Below are positions 39,637-49,803 of a DNA stretch of 64,000 nt, piece after piece (position 1 is the stretch's first letter; every line of letters begins with the position of its first letter). A model generated the notes under the pieces. It ran no database searches. It saw only the letters and a list, made by a program, of their open reading frames with translations, and had not been told where the DNA came from. A program made the translations under genes and the position numbers. Source of the DNA: a virus (lineage: Duplodnaviria > Caudoviricetes). The DNA lies in IMG/VR virus record IMGVR_UViG_3300036045_000316, positions 585 to 64,584 of that record. One strand, given 5' to 3'.

Positions 39637-40673
39637 TGAGAATCCGCCCGTTAGGGATGATGGTAGCGTTCGGCTTGATCGCCCGTCTCGCGGTGGCGTG
39701 GACGATGCCTATACCGTTTTACTACGACCACTTTGAGCGCGATGTCGAATTGTGGGCGACGCACGGCAACATTTACGCTGAACACGCCTTCTATAATTAT
39801 TCGCCGCTACCGATGCACTTGCTTGGCATCGCCGCATGGTTGGCGGATCGGCTCACACTGCCGCATTTCATCGGCTTTCGCCTCCTATTCATCGTTGGCG
39901 ACGTGCTCACTGCTCTGATCTTCCTGCGCCGCGATAGCGCTACCGCCCGCCGCTGGTGGCTCAATCCAGCGGCGATCTGCTTCAGCGCCTTTTTATGCAG
40001 CTTCGAGATATGGGCGCTTGCGCCGATCTTGTTCGCTGCCACGCAGAAGGACGCAGACGCGCTCACGCTTGGCATCGTCGCTGTGCTGATCAAGCAAAAC
40101 GTCGCGTTTCTGGTGTGGGCATTGTACGTATACCACTACGGTGTCAAACGCGGGGCGATCTATCTCCTGCTGACGGCAGCGGCGCTGGTGGCGACGTTCA
40201 TCACCTATCTGCCCGACGGCGCGGAAGGCATCTGGCGTAACGTCCTTACCTACGGCGGTGGGGAAGCATACGGCTTGGGACTGCTGCTGCCGAGATGGGT
40301 CGCCGCCGCGATCTTATTCACGGCACTGCTGACATTACCTGTGGTGACGCAGCGGCTTGGCATCACGCTGGAGCACGCTTTGTTCCTCTCGGCGCTGCTC
40401 TTTTGCGGCTTGGCGTGGGGTGCGTCGCCCGCCATGTTCGCGCTGCCGTTAGTGCTGGCAATGACGCTGGATGAGTGTTCCTACAGCGCCCTCACCGTCG
40501 TCTGCTTCCTTCTCTTTTGCCCGCTGACGTGGAACTTAGCCTCAATACCGATTTTTCGCGTCAGTTGGTTCTGCTGTGTAAGCGCCGTTGCGCTACAAGT
40601 CATCTCGTTCGTTCGTGCGCCCCGCATGGCAATCTCGCCAGCGCCGCTGCACGCCATCATCATGGAAAAATAG
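39633..40673 (+). CDS. GT-C fold multi-TM glycosyltransferase (GT87/PIG-M-like)
   Basis: YD...G..Y...YNYSP, WWLNP and IKQ motifs; many TM helices. Confidence 0.7.
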   Translation: MMRIRPLGMMVAFGLIARLAVAWTMPIPFYYDHFERDVELWATHGNIYAEHAFYNYSPLPMHLLGIAAWLADRLTLPHFIGFRLLFIVGDVLTALIFLRRDSATARRWWLNPAAICFSAFLCSFEIWALAPILFAATQKDADALTLGIVAVLIKQNVAFLVWALYVYHYGVKRGAIYLLLTAAALVATFITYLPDGAEGIWRNVLTYGGGEAYGLGLLLPRWVAAAILFTALLTLPVVTQRLGITLEHALFLSALLFCGLAWGASPAMFALPLVLAMTLDECSYSALTVVCFLLFCPLTWNLASIPIFRVSWFCCVSAVALQVISFVRAPRMAISPAPLHAIIMEK

Positions 40674-40675
40674 AC

Positions 40676-41155
40676 ATGGAAAACGTCAAAAGCTTATTCC
40701 ACTCGCGTAAGTTCGTGATCAGTCTCATGTATCTGCTGGTGACGATCCTCGCCGCATTCGTGCCGCAACTGGCGGACAACATTGAGGTCATCGCTGGCGG
40801 CGCGGCGCTCGTTTCACTCGGCATCGCCGGACTGATCACCATTGAGGATTTCGGGCGGGCGTGGGCGGAGAACCGTCCGCTTAACCGACAGGGCGCGATT
40901 GCCGCCATCGTTGATGAATTGAAGCGCGTGTTCTTGGGCATTGCGCCGACTGCTAGTGCTGCCAACGCCGCCAAGCCGCAGGAATTAGATCTAACCCTCG
41001 GCGAGGATGGCGTTTGGGAACTGAAGATCGTGGCGGGCAAGAATGCCAGCAAGGAACGCCTAACCGATCAGCAGCTTGTCGCTCGCGTCGAAGCGCTGAC
41101 CAAGCGCCACGTGACTGTGCCAGCCGCCGAAACTGCCGCAGCGCCAAACGGTTAA
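40676..41155 (+). CDS. Holin-like protein
   Basis: KSLFHSRKF start, 2 TM helices, then IED. Confidence 0.7.
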   Translation: MENVKSLFHSRKFVISLMYLLVTILAAFVPQLADNIEVIAGGAALVSLGIAGLITIEDFGRAWAENRPLNRQGAIAAIVDELKRVFLGIAPTASAANAAKPQELDLTLGEDGVWELKIVAGKNASKERLTDQQLVARVEALTKRHVTVPAAETAAAPNG

Positions 41156-41188
41156 TCGGCATCGTCCGCCGTTAGTGAGGATCAGCGC

Positions 41189-42823
41189 ATGAACAAGAGA
41201 TGGTCAAGGCTCGTCATCTTCGGCGGCATCTCCCTTGCGGTGCTGCTGGCGTACACATGGTTTTTCCCGCCCCGTGCCGCCACGCCAACATTCACGCCCG
41301 ACGTGATTGCCACCGCAGATGCAACAGCGGAAATGACAATGGACGCCCCACCTGAATCAGCGTTCGCGGTGGGGGCGGGGCGCGTCGATATTGCCATCAG
41401 CGGGGGATCGCCGATGCCCATTTTCGCGGCGACGGAGACGCCGAACGACGGTGTTGGCGGTGCGGCGACAGTCGCGCTCGATTGGGTGACGATCTCCGGG
41501 CGGAGTCTCTCGTACAAGGGCGCGGCGCTGTACCTGCGCGGGACGAACTTCGCCAACATCAACGCGCTGGGGGCGCTGACCACGCCGACGGATCGCATCG
41601 GCACAGGCGATCCGCGCGATGTGCTGACGACGTTTGCCGACTACCAGAAGTTGCGCGAGATGGGCGGCAACCACGTCCGCCTCGGCTTGGATTACTACTG
41701 GTACATCAAGCACACCGACGCCTTCTGGTCAATGCTGGATCAGCAGGTAGGCTACGCCGAACAAGCGGGGGTACATCTGCTGCTGCTCAGTTTCGGCAAT
41801 CCCTCGAAGAATGGCACCGACTCCTGCTACGAAGGCTACAGCGAAGTCTGCGATCTGTGGGACAGCAGCATCAATCAGAGCCGACTGATCGAATGGTGGG
41901 CACTCATCGTTGAACGTTACAAGAGCCGTCCAGCGGTGATCGGCATCGATCCGGTCAACGAGCCAACGGTAGGACCGAACCAGAACTGGCAAACCGACCA
42001 CTACTGGCGCATCGCCGAACGCCTGCGCGATCAGGTGGTCGCCATCAACCCCAACATCCTTATATTCATCGAAAGCGGAGCGGACGCGCAGTTCACGCGG
42101 CTGCTCGGCAGAAACGTAGTCTACCAAAGCCACTATTACACGCCATTGGCAGGTACGCACTGCGATTACGTGGAGCCGCGCGACTATGTGACTTATCCCG
42201 GCGCTGCGCCGCTGTATGACCAGCGCCGTCCCTATTTCGACGCGGAAACCCTTGCCAACCCCGATCATCCCGCCAGCATCTACCAAGCGGTGCAGTCCAT
42301 CGCATGGGCGAAGGCACGGAATGTCCCTTTGTATATCGGGGAATGGGGCGTTGCCAGTCCGAATTGCTATCGCGGCGGCGTCCAGTATATGGCGGATGTG
42401 GCGGCGATCTTCAATGCCGAAAGGCTGCATTGGGCGTATTACTCGTGGCGGGCGACGGAACGACGCTGGGGGACATTCCCCGAATACGGCGGACTCACGC
42501 CCTACTCGCCAGCGAAATACGACATGCTCGTTGCCGCGTTCGGGCAAGCGCAGAATCCACCAGTAGGAGCGACACTGACGCCGCGTGCCACACAGACCGC
42601 CACCAGCACCATGACCGCCACCCCGACGCGACGGATCACGGCAACGCCCCGCACACCCGTGCCGACGAATACCTCGCGTACACCAACGGTTACGCTTGCG
42701 CCGACGCAGCCGTTTACCCGGACGCCAACGCCAATCTTCCAGCCGACCTGCGCCGTTGGTCAGACGCTGGTTGAACTGATCGTCGGTGGTAGACGTGCCA
42801 GCCTGTGCGCGTGGGTGCAGTGA
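41189..42823 (+). CDS. Glycoside hydrolase family 5 protein, membrane-anchored/exported
   Basis: LRGTN, NHVRL, NEP (acid/base), HYY, IGEWG (nucleophile); T/P-rich tail. Confidence 0.88.
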   Translation: MNKRWSRLVIFGGISLAVLLAYTWFFPPRAATPTFTPDVIATADATAEMTMDAPPESAFAVGAGRVDIAISGGSPMPIFAATETPNDGVGGAATVALDWVTISGRSLSYKGAALYLRGTNFANINALGALTTPTDRIGTGDPRDVLTTFADYQKLREMGGNHVRLGLDYYWYIKHTDAFWSMLDQQVGYAEQAGVHLLLLSFGNPSKNGTDSCYEGYSEVCDLWDSSINQSRLIEWWALIVERYKSRPAVIGIDPVNEPTVGPNQNWQTDHYWRIAERLRDQVVAINPNILIFIESGADAQFTRLLGRNVVYQSHYYTPLAGTHCDYVEPRDYVTYPGAAPLYDQRRPYFDAETLANPDHPASIYQAVQSIAWAKARNVPLYIGEWGVASPNCYRGGVQYMADVAAIFNAERLHWAYYSWRATERRWGTFPEYGGLTPYSPAKYDMLVAAFGQAQNPPVGATLTPRATQTATSTMTATPTRRITATPRTPVPTNTSRTPTVTLAPTQPFTRTPTPIFQPTCAVGQTLVELIVGGRRASLCAWVQ

Positions 42824-42825
42824 TC

Positions 42826-45600
42826 ATGTTCTGTAACCCCATCGGCGCGTCGGCAGCCGAACGCGACAGCGGCGTTTGCCCGCCGGGACATTGGTTCGAC
42901 GCCACGCCCTTCGGCAAGGAATACGATGCGCCGAAGGGACGCGCCATCCATACCGGCGCGGACTTCAACTGCAATAAGCCTGTATGGAACGCCGACGCGC
43001 ATACGCCCGTGTGGGCAATTGGTGACGGCACGGTCATTGACGCCAGAGAGTGGGCAGTGTGGGGCAACGTGATCGTCATCCAGCACGCCGATACGCCCGA
43101 CGGCAAACCCGTGTACGCCCGCTACGCCCACGTCGAACAGATGGAGGTCATTAAAGGTCAGCGCGTCCGAAAAGGTCAGCAGATCGCCCGCGTCGGCAAC
43201 GCCTATGGTCAGCAGCCTTACCACCTGCACTTCGACATCAGCCAGACGGACATCTTGAGAGGGAAACCCTCACATTGGCCCGGGATGAACGAGGATGCGC
43301 TCCGTGCTAACTACGTTGATCCGATCCAATTCCTGCGAACCTACAACAGTGGCAACGGGGACGACGACAGGGGCAAGCCGATCCGCCTGCAAGTGCATGG
43401 CGGTGGCTTAAATATCCGCGCCGCCGCGACGGTGACGAGCAAGGTGATGGGCGCTCTCGCAGCGGGTAGTGAGATTGAAGTGTATGCCAAGCCGCGACCC
43501 GATCCCGCCTCCAAGTACACCTTCGTCGCCCTCGTTGATGGCAGGGGCTGGGTTGCCCGCGAATTTCTGAAAGAGCCATCGGCGGCACAAGTCACTTTTA
43601 TACGCTACGTTCAACCTGTGGACGGCGCGAACGTCCGCGCCGCGCCCAAACTGGCAGCAACGGTGCAGTACGCCCTGCCGTTTCGCCGTCTCGTGGTCGT
43701 AGACGCCGCGCTGATCGATGATCCGGCATCGGGACTAGCGTGGCGGCGGATGGCGGATGGCAGTGGTTACGTCGCCGACACGTTGCTCAGTAGCACGATA
43801 CCCGCCTTACCGTCACCGGAACCGTTGCCTAATCCGAGACCCGCGCTCCCAACGACGCTGGGCACGAGCGTCGGCGTCCACGTCGCCTTCAACGGTAACG
43901 CCGGCGATCTGCTGGGCGTGGTCGAGCGCCTAGCCCAGAAGGGGACGCCTGTACCGCTGGTGGTGGCTGTCTCCGATACCGATTTGTGCGCGGCGATCAA
44001 GCAGGTCTCGCCCACGACGACAACGGTGTACCGCTACGTGGAAGGGGAGACCGATCCGCGCCCGTTCGGGGAGGACGAGAATGCCGACGGGTGGCATGAC
44101 GGCGCGGCGTGGTTCGACAGTTTCTGGCAGCATCACGGCAAGGTCAAGGGCGTCGATTTCCACCAGATGTACAACGAGGTCTCGTTCGCGGATAATGTGC
44201 AGAGCGAAGCGTATGCGCGGCGGGTAAATGCGTTCGAGTTGGCGCTGATGCGGCGGGCAAACGAGTGCGGCGCAAAAGTAACCATTGGCAACTACATGCC
44301 CGGTGTACCAGAACAACGCCATATCGAACAACTCCGCCCGGCGCTGGCATTCGCCGAGCAGCACGGTCATGCACTGTGCTACCATGCGTATACGAGTGCC
44401 AAAAACGATGTCTCATTCATGACGGACAGCGATTATTACGCGCTGCGTTGGGTGAAATGGGTGGCGGATTACCCCCGCTTGCGGGTGATCTTAGGCGAGG
44501 CGGGGCACTTCCGCGCCCCCCGTTTTCGCGGCGTCGCCGATTTGGTGACGATGTTCGGCGCACTGGATAAGCTGCTGCTGCCGCTGCGGATGGCGGGGCG
44601 GCAAGTGGACGCCGCCTATTGGACGATTCGCGGGCAACTTCATCTCAAATGGCGGAACGACGATTGGACAGCGCACCTCAGTAATTACGAGCAGTACGCC
44701 GGAACGACGATCTTTCAGATCGCACCTATGCCGCAACCGCAGCCCGTACCTTCACCAAGTCCCCTACCGTCACCAGCGCCCGCGCCTGCTTGGACGCACG
44801 GCATCGACCACAACGAAGCGGGACTCGGCGCATCGGCTGGTGGCTGGCGTCCCAGCGTCGATGAACTGAATACTTTCCGCCGTAACAACATTCGTCATAC
44901 CCTGATCGTGGCTTACGAGCCAAATCAGGCGGCGGGTGCTATCGCCGATTTCCGGCGAGTGGGCGTGACGCGCTTCATCATTCGGGCGGCGGTGCATCTG
45001 AACGCGCAGAATCCCGATCCCGGCAGTGCCGCCGAATTCACCGCCAAGACCTTGCCACATCTAAGCGAGTATGCCGCTGCGCTGGGCGGCTCGAAGGACA
45101 TGATGATCCAGTTGCACAACGAGCCGAACGCAGTAGGCGAGGGTTTCGCCAGCCGCTGGAAGGATGGCATCGACTACGCCAAGTGGCATCTGGAGGTGGC
45201 AAAGGCGTATCGCCGTGCCTTGCCCGGCTGCCGGATCGGATTCGCGGCACTCAGTCCGGGCGGGAGCATGTCCGGTGTTCGCGGTGATGAAGCGCGTTTC
45301 GTGCGCGAGGCAGCGGCGGCAATAGCTGATTCGGATTGGGTGGCAGTGCATTACTATTGGGCAAAGGAGGATGGCAGCGACATCGCGCCGCCCATTGACG
45401 ACTGGCGCAAGTGGTACGGGAGTAAGGCGCTCGTGGCGACGGAAGTGGGTCCGGGTAATGACATCGCGGTCACGACGGCGACAGCACGTCTGGCAAGGGT
45501 AGCGTTCAAGGCGATCCGCGTGCCCGATATTGAGTGGGTAGGCAGCGGCGCGGGTGCATGGAGGAACGCCGATTGGACGCTGCGACATATCCAGATGTAG
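42826..45600 (+). CDS. Modular endolysin-like protein: M23 peptidase + 2 SH3 + 2 GH-A-like TIM barrels
   Basis: HTGAD, YAH, HLHF; LNIR/ANVR...GWV/GYV SH3b motifs; NEV...GEAG and HNEPN...TEVG catalytic pairs. Confidence 0.85.
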   Translation: MFCNPIGASAAERDSGVCPPGHWFDATPFGKEYDAPKGRAIHTGADFNCNKPVWNADAHTPVWAIGDGTVIDAREWAVWGNVIVIQHADTPDGKPVYARYAHVEQMEVIKGQRVRKGQQIARVGNAYGQQPYHLHFDISQTDILRGKPSHWPGMNEDALRANYVDPIQFLRTYNSGNGDDDRGKPIRLQVHGGGLNIRAAATVTSKVMGALAAGSEIEVYAKPRPDPASKYTFVALVDGRGWVAREFLKEPSAAQVTFIRYVQPVDGANVRAAPKLAATVQYALPFRRLVVVDAALIDDPASGLAWRRMADGSGYVADTLLSSTIPALPSPEPLPNPRPALPTTLGTSVGVHVAFNGNAGDLLGVVERLAQKGTPVPLVVAVSDTDLCAAIKQVSPTTTTVYRYVEGETDPRPFGEDENADGWHDGAAWFDSFWQHHGKVKGVDFHQMYNEVSFADNVQSEAYARRVNAFELALMRRANECGAKVTIGNYMPGVPEQRHIEQLRPALAFAEQHGHALCYHAYTSAKNDVSFMTDSDYYALRWVKWVADYPRLRVILGEAGHFRAPRFRGVADLVTMFGALDKLLLPLRMAGRQVDAAYWTIRGQLHLKWRNDDWTAHLSNYEQYAGTTIFQIAPMPQPQPVPSPSPLPSPAPAPAWTHGIDHNEAGLGASAGGWRPSVDELNTFRRNNIRHTLIVAYEPNQAAGAIADFRRVGVTRFIIRAAVHLNAQNPDPGSAAEFTAKTLPHLSEYAAALGGSKDMMIQLHNEPNAVGEGFASRWKDGIDYAKWHLEVAKAYRRALPGCRIGFAALSPGGSMSGVRGDEARFVREAAAAIADSDWVAVHYYWAKEDGSDIAPPIDDWRKWYGSKALVATEVGPGNDIAVTTATARLARVAFKAIRVPDIEWVGSGAGAWRNADWTLRHIQM

Positions 45601-45759
45601 CGCCAACATGCCAACCAGATGAATACGGCTCGTCTAGCTTATCAAAGATAAAGCGGCTGCCAGTCCTCCGGCACATGCACCTCTATCGTCACCGTGAACG
45701 GCTTTGGCGTTGTCGTGCTGGGGATTAATTTTGTGCTTTGCGGACATGCGCTAGACCTC

Positions 45760-45778
45760 CGAACAAATGTGCTATTTT
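45760..45778 (-). promoter_or_regulatory. Possible SOS (GAAC-N4-GTTC-type) box at a leftward promoter
   Basis: Minus strand TAAAAT overlapping AGCACATTTGTTCG, then GGAGG and ATG (45747); 1 mismatch to consensus. Confidence 0.45.
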
Positions 45779-46174
45779 ACGTTAGCGCAACATCATACGG
45801 GGGATCAGCTGCTCCCGTCAACGAAACGAAGTATGTTTCGGCGTCGCTTGGTAGTCGTCTAGCGGCGCGAGGGTTATACAACATCCTAACAAAAGTAATG
45901 GAAATTCAAATATTTGTCAAACGACGCTTTAACCCTTCTGCAAGGATGAAGCGGTTAACTCCTTACAGATTGCCTACGAGCTTGTGAGGTCTGTGAAAAA
46001 TTTACGAATTTCAGGAATGTTAACGCGATTTTGGCGTAACATTAACATTTACCCGATGCGAAACCCCCAATTGCAGCAGCGGGTAGGAGAGTTATTGTGT
46101 TTACATCTTTTGAGGAAATCGCCAATCTCGCCACATCACAGCAGGAATTATTCTGCCAACTTGTTTCTGAAGCC

Positions 46175-46507
46175 TTATCCTTGCTTGCTGAGGGTTATAG
46201 CGGCGATCGTGTTTCGGACTTCCTCTGGCAGCGACATGTAAGCCAAGAACGCACGGCGCAAGTCGTCGGGGATGCTTTTGATCTCGTAGCTCATACTCGG
46301 ATCAGCCATCATTCTCAACTCGGCTTCGGACTTTCCAGTAAGGATGGACAAGCCCACAAAGAACTTTTTGTCGGGGCTGTCGGTCTTCCCGTTCAAGACG
46401 TTGCCTAACGTCGCGGGCGCAATCTTCATCCTTAATGCCATTTCATTACGGGAAAGATTGCGCTCGTCCATCCACTCACGAATATAGCCGATCAATTTTT
46501 GGTGCAT
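46175..46507 (-). CDS. XRE-family HTH phage repressor
   Basis: IREWMDERNLSRNEMALRMKIAPATLGNVLNG; divergent from the early operon. Confidence 0.85.
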   Translation of the reverse strand: MHQKLIGYIREWMDERNLSRNEMALRMKIAPATLGNVLNGKTDSPDKKFFVGLSILTGKSEAELRMMADPSMSYEIKSIPDDLRRAFLAYMSLPEEVRNTIAAITLSKQG

Positions 46508-46589
46508 TCCCTTTAATCCTATTGACGGGGGCGCTAGTCTCATTGTAAGACTGAACTTTAAGTTTGCTTATTATAACCACATTACCGTA

Positions 46590-46617
46590 TTGACAAACTA
46601 CTGTTTGCGTTTACTAT
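46590..46617 (+). promoter_or_regulatory. Early rightward promoter
   Basis: TTGACA-16 nt-TACTAT in an AT-rich divergent intergenic region. Confidence 0.65.
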
Positions 46618-46649
46618 TTAGTTACCTAACTAACCAGTGAGGGTAGACC

Positions 46650-46886
46650 ATGAAGATTGTGATCAACTTGCCCGTTCGCCTCACCGTTGCGGAGAAAGCA
46701 GCAATCAAAGCTAAGGCGGCGTTGTGTGGGATGCACCTTGCCGATTATGTGGCTGCGGCGGTGAAAGCCTATGATTGCGCCTCAGATGATCAGGCAACTA
46801 ACCGACCAGTTGACAATCTCCTGATGGGCATCGCCGCTGATGACAACGTGACGCTGCCGACGCCGCAAGCGTTGGAGGTCATCTGA
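46650..46886 (+). CDS. RHH (Cro-position) regulator
   Basis: LPVRLTVAEKAAIKAKAALCGMHLADYV. Confidence 0.7.
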   Translation: MKIVINLPVRLTVAEKAAIKAKAALCGMHLADYVAAAVKAYDCASDDQATNRPVDNLLMGIAADDNVTLPTPQALEVI

Positions 46887-47116
46887 TGCTCACCGTCATC
46901 CAGCCCCAAGCGATCCACCCCTCCCCACGCCTCCGCGCCGACGCCTTAGCGCCGGACGAACTGGCAGTCTACCGCAAGGTGTGCGCCGCCGGACCGCGCG
47001 GGTTGCTGACGGCTTGCCCGGTGGAACGGAGTCTGTTGTGGTGGCTGTACCTCCTCGGCTTCGTGTACGAGACGGATCGTGCGGACGGCACGGTAGTGTA
47101 CCGGGCGGTGGTGTGA
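46886..47116 (+). CDS. Small wHTH-like hypothetical protein
   Basis: TGATG coupling. Confidence 0.6.
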   Translation: MLTVIQPQAIHPSPRLRADALAPDELAVYRKVCAAGPRGLLTACPVERSLLWWLYLLGFVYETDRADGTVVYRAVV

Positions 47117-47337
47117 TGGTGATGGTGATGACAGGACCAGACTACGCGACGCTGCGGATGCTCTCCGCCGCTGCCCGCCGTGAGCGCAAGCTGGTGATCA
47201 ACGTCGCCAGCGCGCCGGAGGAAGCAAAGCGCTTGGCGGCGCTGGAACGGGAGGGCTGCGCCACGAGTTGGCAGCGCGGGCGGGGCTGGATCGAGTACCG
47301 CATCACGGTGAAGGGGGAGCGACAGGCGATGTTGTGA
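47116..47337 (+). CDS. Small wHTH-like hypothetical protein
   Basis: LAALEREG...YRITVKG wing motif. Confidence 0.6.
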   Translation: MVMVMTGPDYATLRMLSAAARRERKLVINVASAPEEAKRLAALEREGCATSWQRGRGWIEYRITVKGERQAML

Positions 47338-47553
47338 AGACACCGCCAGCGCAGGCGCGGCAAGGGTTCAAACCATCTATATCGTTAGGTGCTATGAAAA
47401 TCAGCCTTTGCCGCGCCTGCGGTGTCGATGTCAGACCGTCGCCCTATCGTCCGAAGATTGTAGGGACGGGGCAGCGTCAGCACCTTTACGAACCCCACCC
47501 GCTTGGCAGCGACGGTAGTCCTCACGCCGCCGCTGCTGGGGAGGGGGAGTTAG

Positions 47554-47591
47554 CCCTCACCCCCGACCCCTCTCCCTCAGGGCGAGGGGAG
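47554..47591 (+). repeat. REP-like palindromic element
   Basis: CCCTCACCCCCGACCCCTCTCCC...GGGCGAGGGGAG matches the common CCCTCACCCC..CCCTCTCCC REP class. Confidence 0.6.
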
Positions 47592-47628
47592 GAAGAGGAA
47601 AACGGAAGAAAGACAGAAAGGAGCAAGG

Positions 47629-47865
47629 ATGGACGAAGCAACGGGCACGATGAAGATGAGCGCGGCACAGGCGCACGGGCTGGGCAGCTATTTGCGGCGC
47701 GAGGGCAAGCGGCTGGAAGACAGCGGCTACATCGGGGAGATCAGCCTCGTGCGGCACGGCGGCGACCTCGACTTCGTGATCGAAATTCGCTTGGAGAACG
47801 ATCAGGGCGAGGAATACACGGTAGCGCACATCGACCAGATGGGCGAGGTGGAGGTAGTGGACTGA
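47629..47865 (+). CDS. Small acidic hypothetical protein
   Basis: AAGGAG RBS. Confidence 0.7.
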   Translation: MDEATGTMKMSAAQAHGLGSYLRREGKRLEDSGYIGEISLVRHGGDLDFVIEIRLENDQGEEYTVAHIDQMGEVEVVD

Positions 47866-48077
47866 TGGAAGCACTAAAAACCGGAGAGTGGCGGGTGCTC
47901 ACCCCCTCCCAACCAGAACAACCCTTCATCACTTGGATACGCGAGGAAAAGTTCCCGTGTCCAACTTGCGGCAGGACGCTGCACGCGGAGCGCGTCAAAT
48001 ACAGTCACAAGCCCGAACTCAAGCTGAAGGCAGTGGCGTACTGCCCGATCTGCGAACAGGTTCACGATTATGACTAA
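47865..48077 (+). CDS. Zinc-ribbon protein
   Basis: CPTCG...CPICE. Confidence 0.7.
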   Translation: MEALKTGEWRVLTPSQPEQPFITWIREEKFPCPTCGRTLHAERVKYSHKPELKLKAVAYCPICEQVHDYD

Positions 48078-48408
48078 CGGAATCGCTCTCAAGAATGTGT
48101 GCCTGACCTGCGGCAACCGCCGCGCCACCGTCGGCAACCACTGTGATGCGTGCGCCGCTGAGAAGTACGTGATGACGCCGACGCGGGTGGGCGCGTACCT
48201 CGATCAGGCGGGGGCGTTCTTCTCGCCAGCACAGATGGCGCAGCTGCGGGTGATCCGCGAACGCTACGAGATCATGGATCCGCACTTGATCGCCGTCGCA
48301 ATGATCGTGCGGGCGCTGATCGTGGGGCAGATGAAGACGACAGCGACGACACTGACGGCGATGCCCGTCATCGACAATGCACTTGCACTAGAAAGCGAAA
48401 ACGCCTGA
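48070..48408 (+). CDS. Zinc-finger hypothetical protein
   Basis: CLTCG...CDAC. Confidence 0.65.
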   Translation: MTNGIALKNVCLTCGNRRATVGNHCDACAAEKYVMTPTRVGAYLDQAGAFFSPAQMAQLRVIRERYEIMDPHLIAVAMIVRALIVGQMKTTATTLTAMPVIDNALALESENA

Positions 48409-48461
48409 CGGCTGACACCGTTAGGCGCTTCTAACCTTTAGGAAGGCTGTGAATTACGACA

Positions 48462-49799
48462 ATGGTAGCAAATTCCGATCCCCACGTCAACCTATTGCAA
48501 GAAAATCAGATCATCGGCGCACGGTTGGAGCGCAAAGGGACGAAGTGGTCGATCCACCTCGTCCTCGCCACGAAGGGCTACATCGAGGTTGATGATGCCT
48601 CCCAGGTGAAGGACCTCAAACAGCAGTTGCGCGTGTTCGAGTGCGGCTACACGCGCCTGCGGCAGCCGTTCACGGCGCGGTACTACGCACGCGGGCACAA
48701 GCTGCACTTGGCGGAGGTCATCGCTGGCGCGGCAGCACCTGCCCAATCGCCGGGTGATCAAAAGACGAACGATTCAGCAGCGGGCGGTTCACGAACCGCC
48801 CCGACACCGACGATGCCGACGGCGTTGATGGTGGTTGCGCCAGCGCCGTCATTGTCACAGCCGCCACGCATGACGGTCAATCACCGCCGCGTGCGCGTGG
48901 CGTCGTTGGTGGCTGGCGTCGTCCTCGCCACGACGGGAGTGATGATCCCGCCCGCGCCGACAGCGGCAGCAGAGAACGAGATCGTGCGCCCGCCGTCAGC
49001 GCTCGACGAGACGCAAGAAGTGCTGACGATCCCACCCGGCGCGATGACGATCCACCACGATCAGCCCGCGCCAGCGCCCGCCGCTGCGCCCGTCACAGAA
49101 ATCATCGCTATCGGCAATGCGCCGGCGCAGGAACAGCGCGGCGAGGAGGTGTACCGCCACAGCAGCACGCGCTGGAAGACGGTGCAACCACGCGGCGCAC
49201 GTCACCAGATGATGGAGTCGGTAGATCGGGTGCTGGACATCTCGATCCTGCTCGTCAGCGGGGACATCGCCTTAGCGGATTGGGATCGGGCGATGCAGCG
49301 GTATCGCGCCGATCTGCTCAAGATCAAGGGACAGGTGACGCAGGAGCACAACCGCCTCGCCGCCACCAGTACAACAATCCTCCCCGCCGCCGATGCGCCG
49401 CAGATCAATCCGGTGGCACTGGCGACGCGGGAACAACGCCTACGCATCGAGCGCGGCGTGACCAATGATTACGCCAACGACGCAGCGCGGCTGAAGGCAC
49501 TAGTACGGGAATGGCTGGGCATCGACATTGAGCCGACGAGCAGCAGCTACAACGCGGGCTTGAACGAACCCACCTTTGCACTGCGGACGTGGGGGGATGA
49601 AAAAGCGCTAACAATGGAGATGTATGTGCCGACGGGCGCACGGGGTCAGCGCATCAGCCGCACCGTTCGCAGCGCCGCCGAAGCGCGGGAAGCACTGGCA
49701 GCCGTGCTGCGTGAGTACGACATGGCGATGCAAGCGCGGGAACGGGGCTTGACCAACCGTGAGCAGCAGAAGCAGCGCCACAACACCAAGAGGATTTGA
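48462..49799 (+). CDS. Hypothetical early protein
   Basis: 445-aa ORF with P/A-rich linkers. Confidence 0.7.
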   Translation: MVANSDPHVNLLQENQIIGARLERKGTKWSIHLVLATKGYIEVDDASQVKDLKQQLRVFECGYTRLRQPFTARYYARGHKLHLAEVIAGAAAPAQSPGDQKTNDSAAGGSRTAPTPTMPTALMVVAPAPSLSQPPRMTVNHRRVRVASLVAGVVLATTGVMIPPAPTAAAENEIVRPPSALDETQEVLTIPPGAMTIHHDQPAPAPAAAPVTEIIAIGNAPAQEQRGEEVYRHSSTRWKTVQPRGARHQMMESVDRVLDISILLVSGDIALADWDRAMQRYRADLLKIKGQVTQEHNRLAATSTTILPAADAPQINPVALATREQRLRIERGVTNDYANDAARLKALVREWLGIDIEPTSSSYNAGLNEPTFALRTWGDEKALTMEMYVPTGARGQRISRTVRSAAEAREALAAVLREYDMAMQARERGLTNREQQKQRHNTKRI

Positions 49800-49803
49800 A
49801 CGC

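Noticed and set aside
46097-46408. 103-aa + strand ORF
   Set aside because: Overlaps the better-supported repressor on the opposite strand and has no clear RBS
47109-47130. GTGATG tandem repeat as a guide-like periodic array
   Set aside because: Only about three units at a stop/start overlap; no extended short-period array was seen by eye near the RAMP genes
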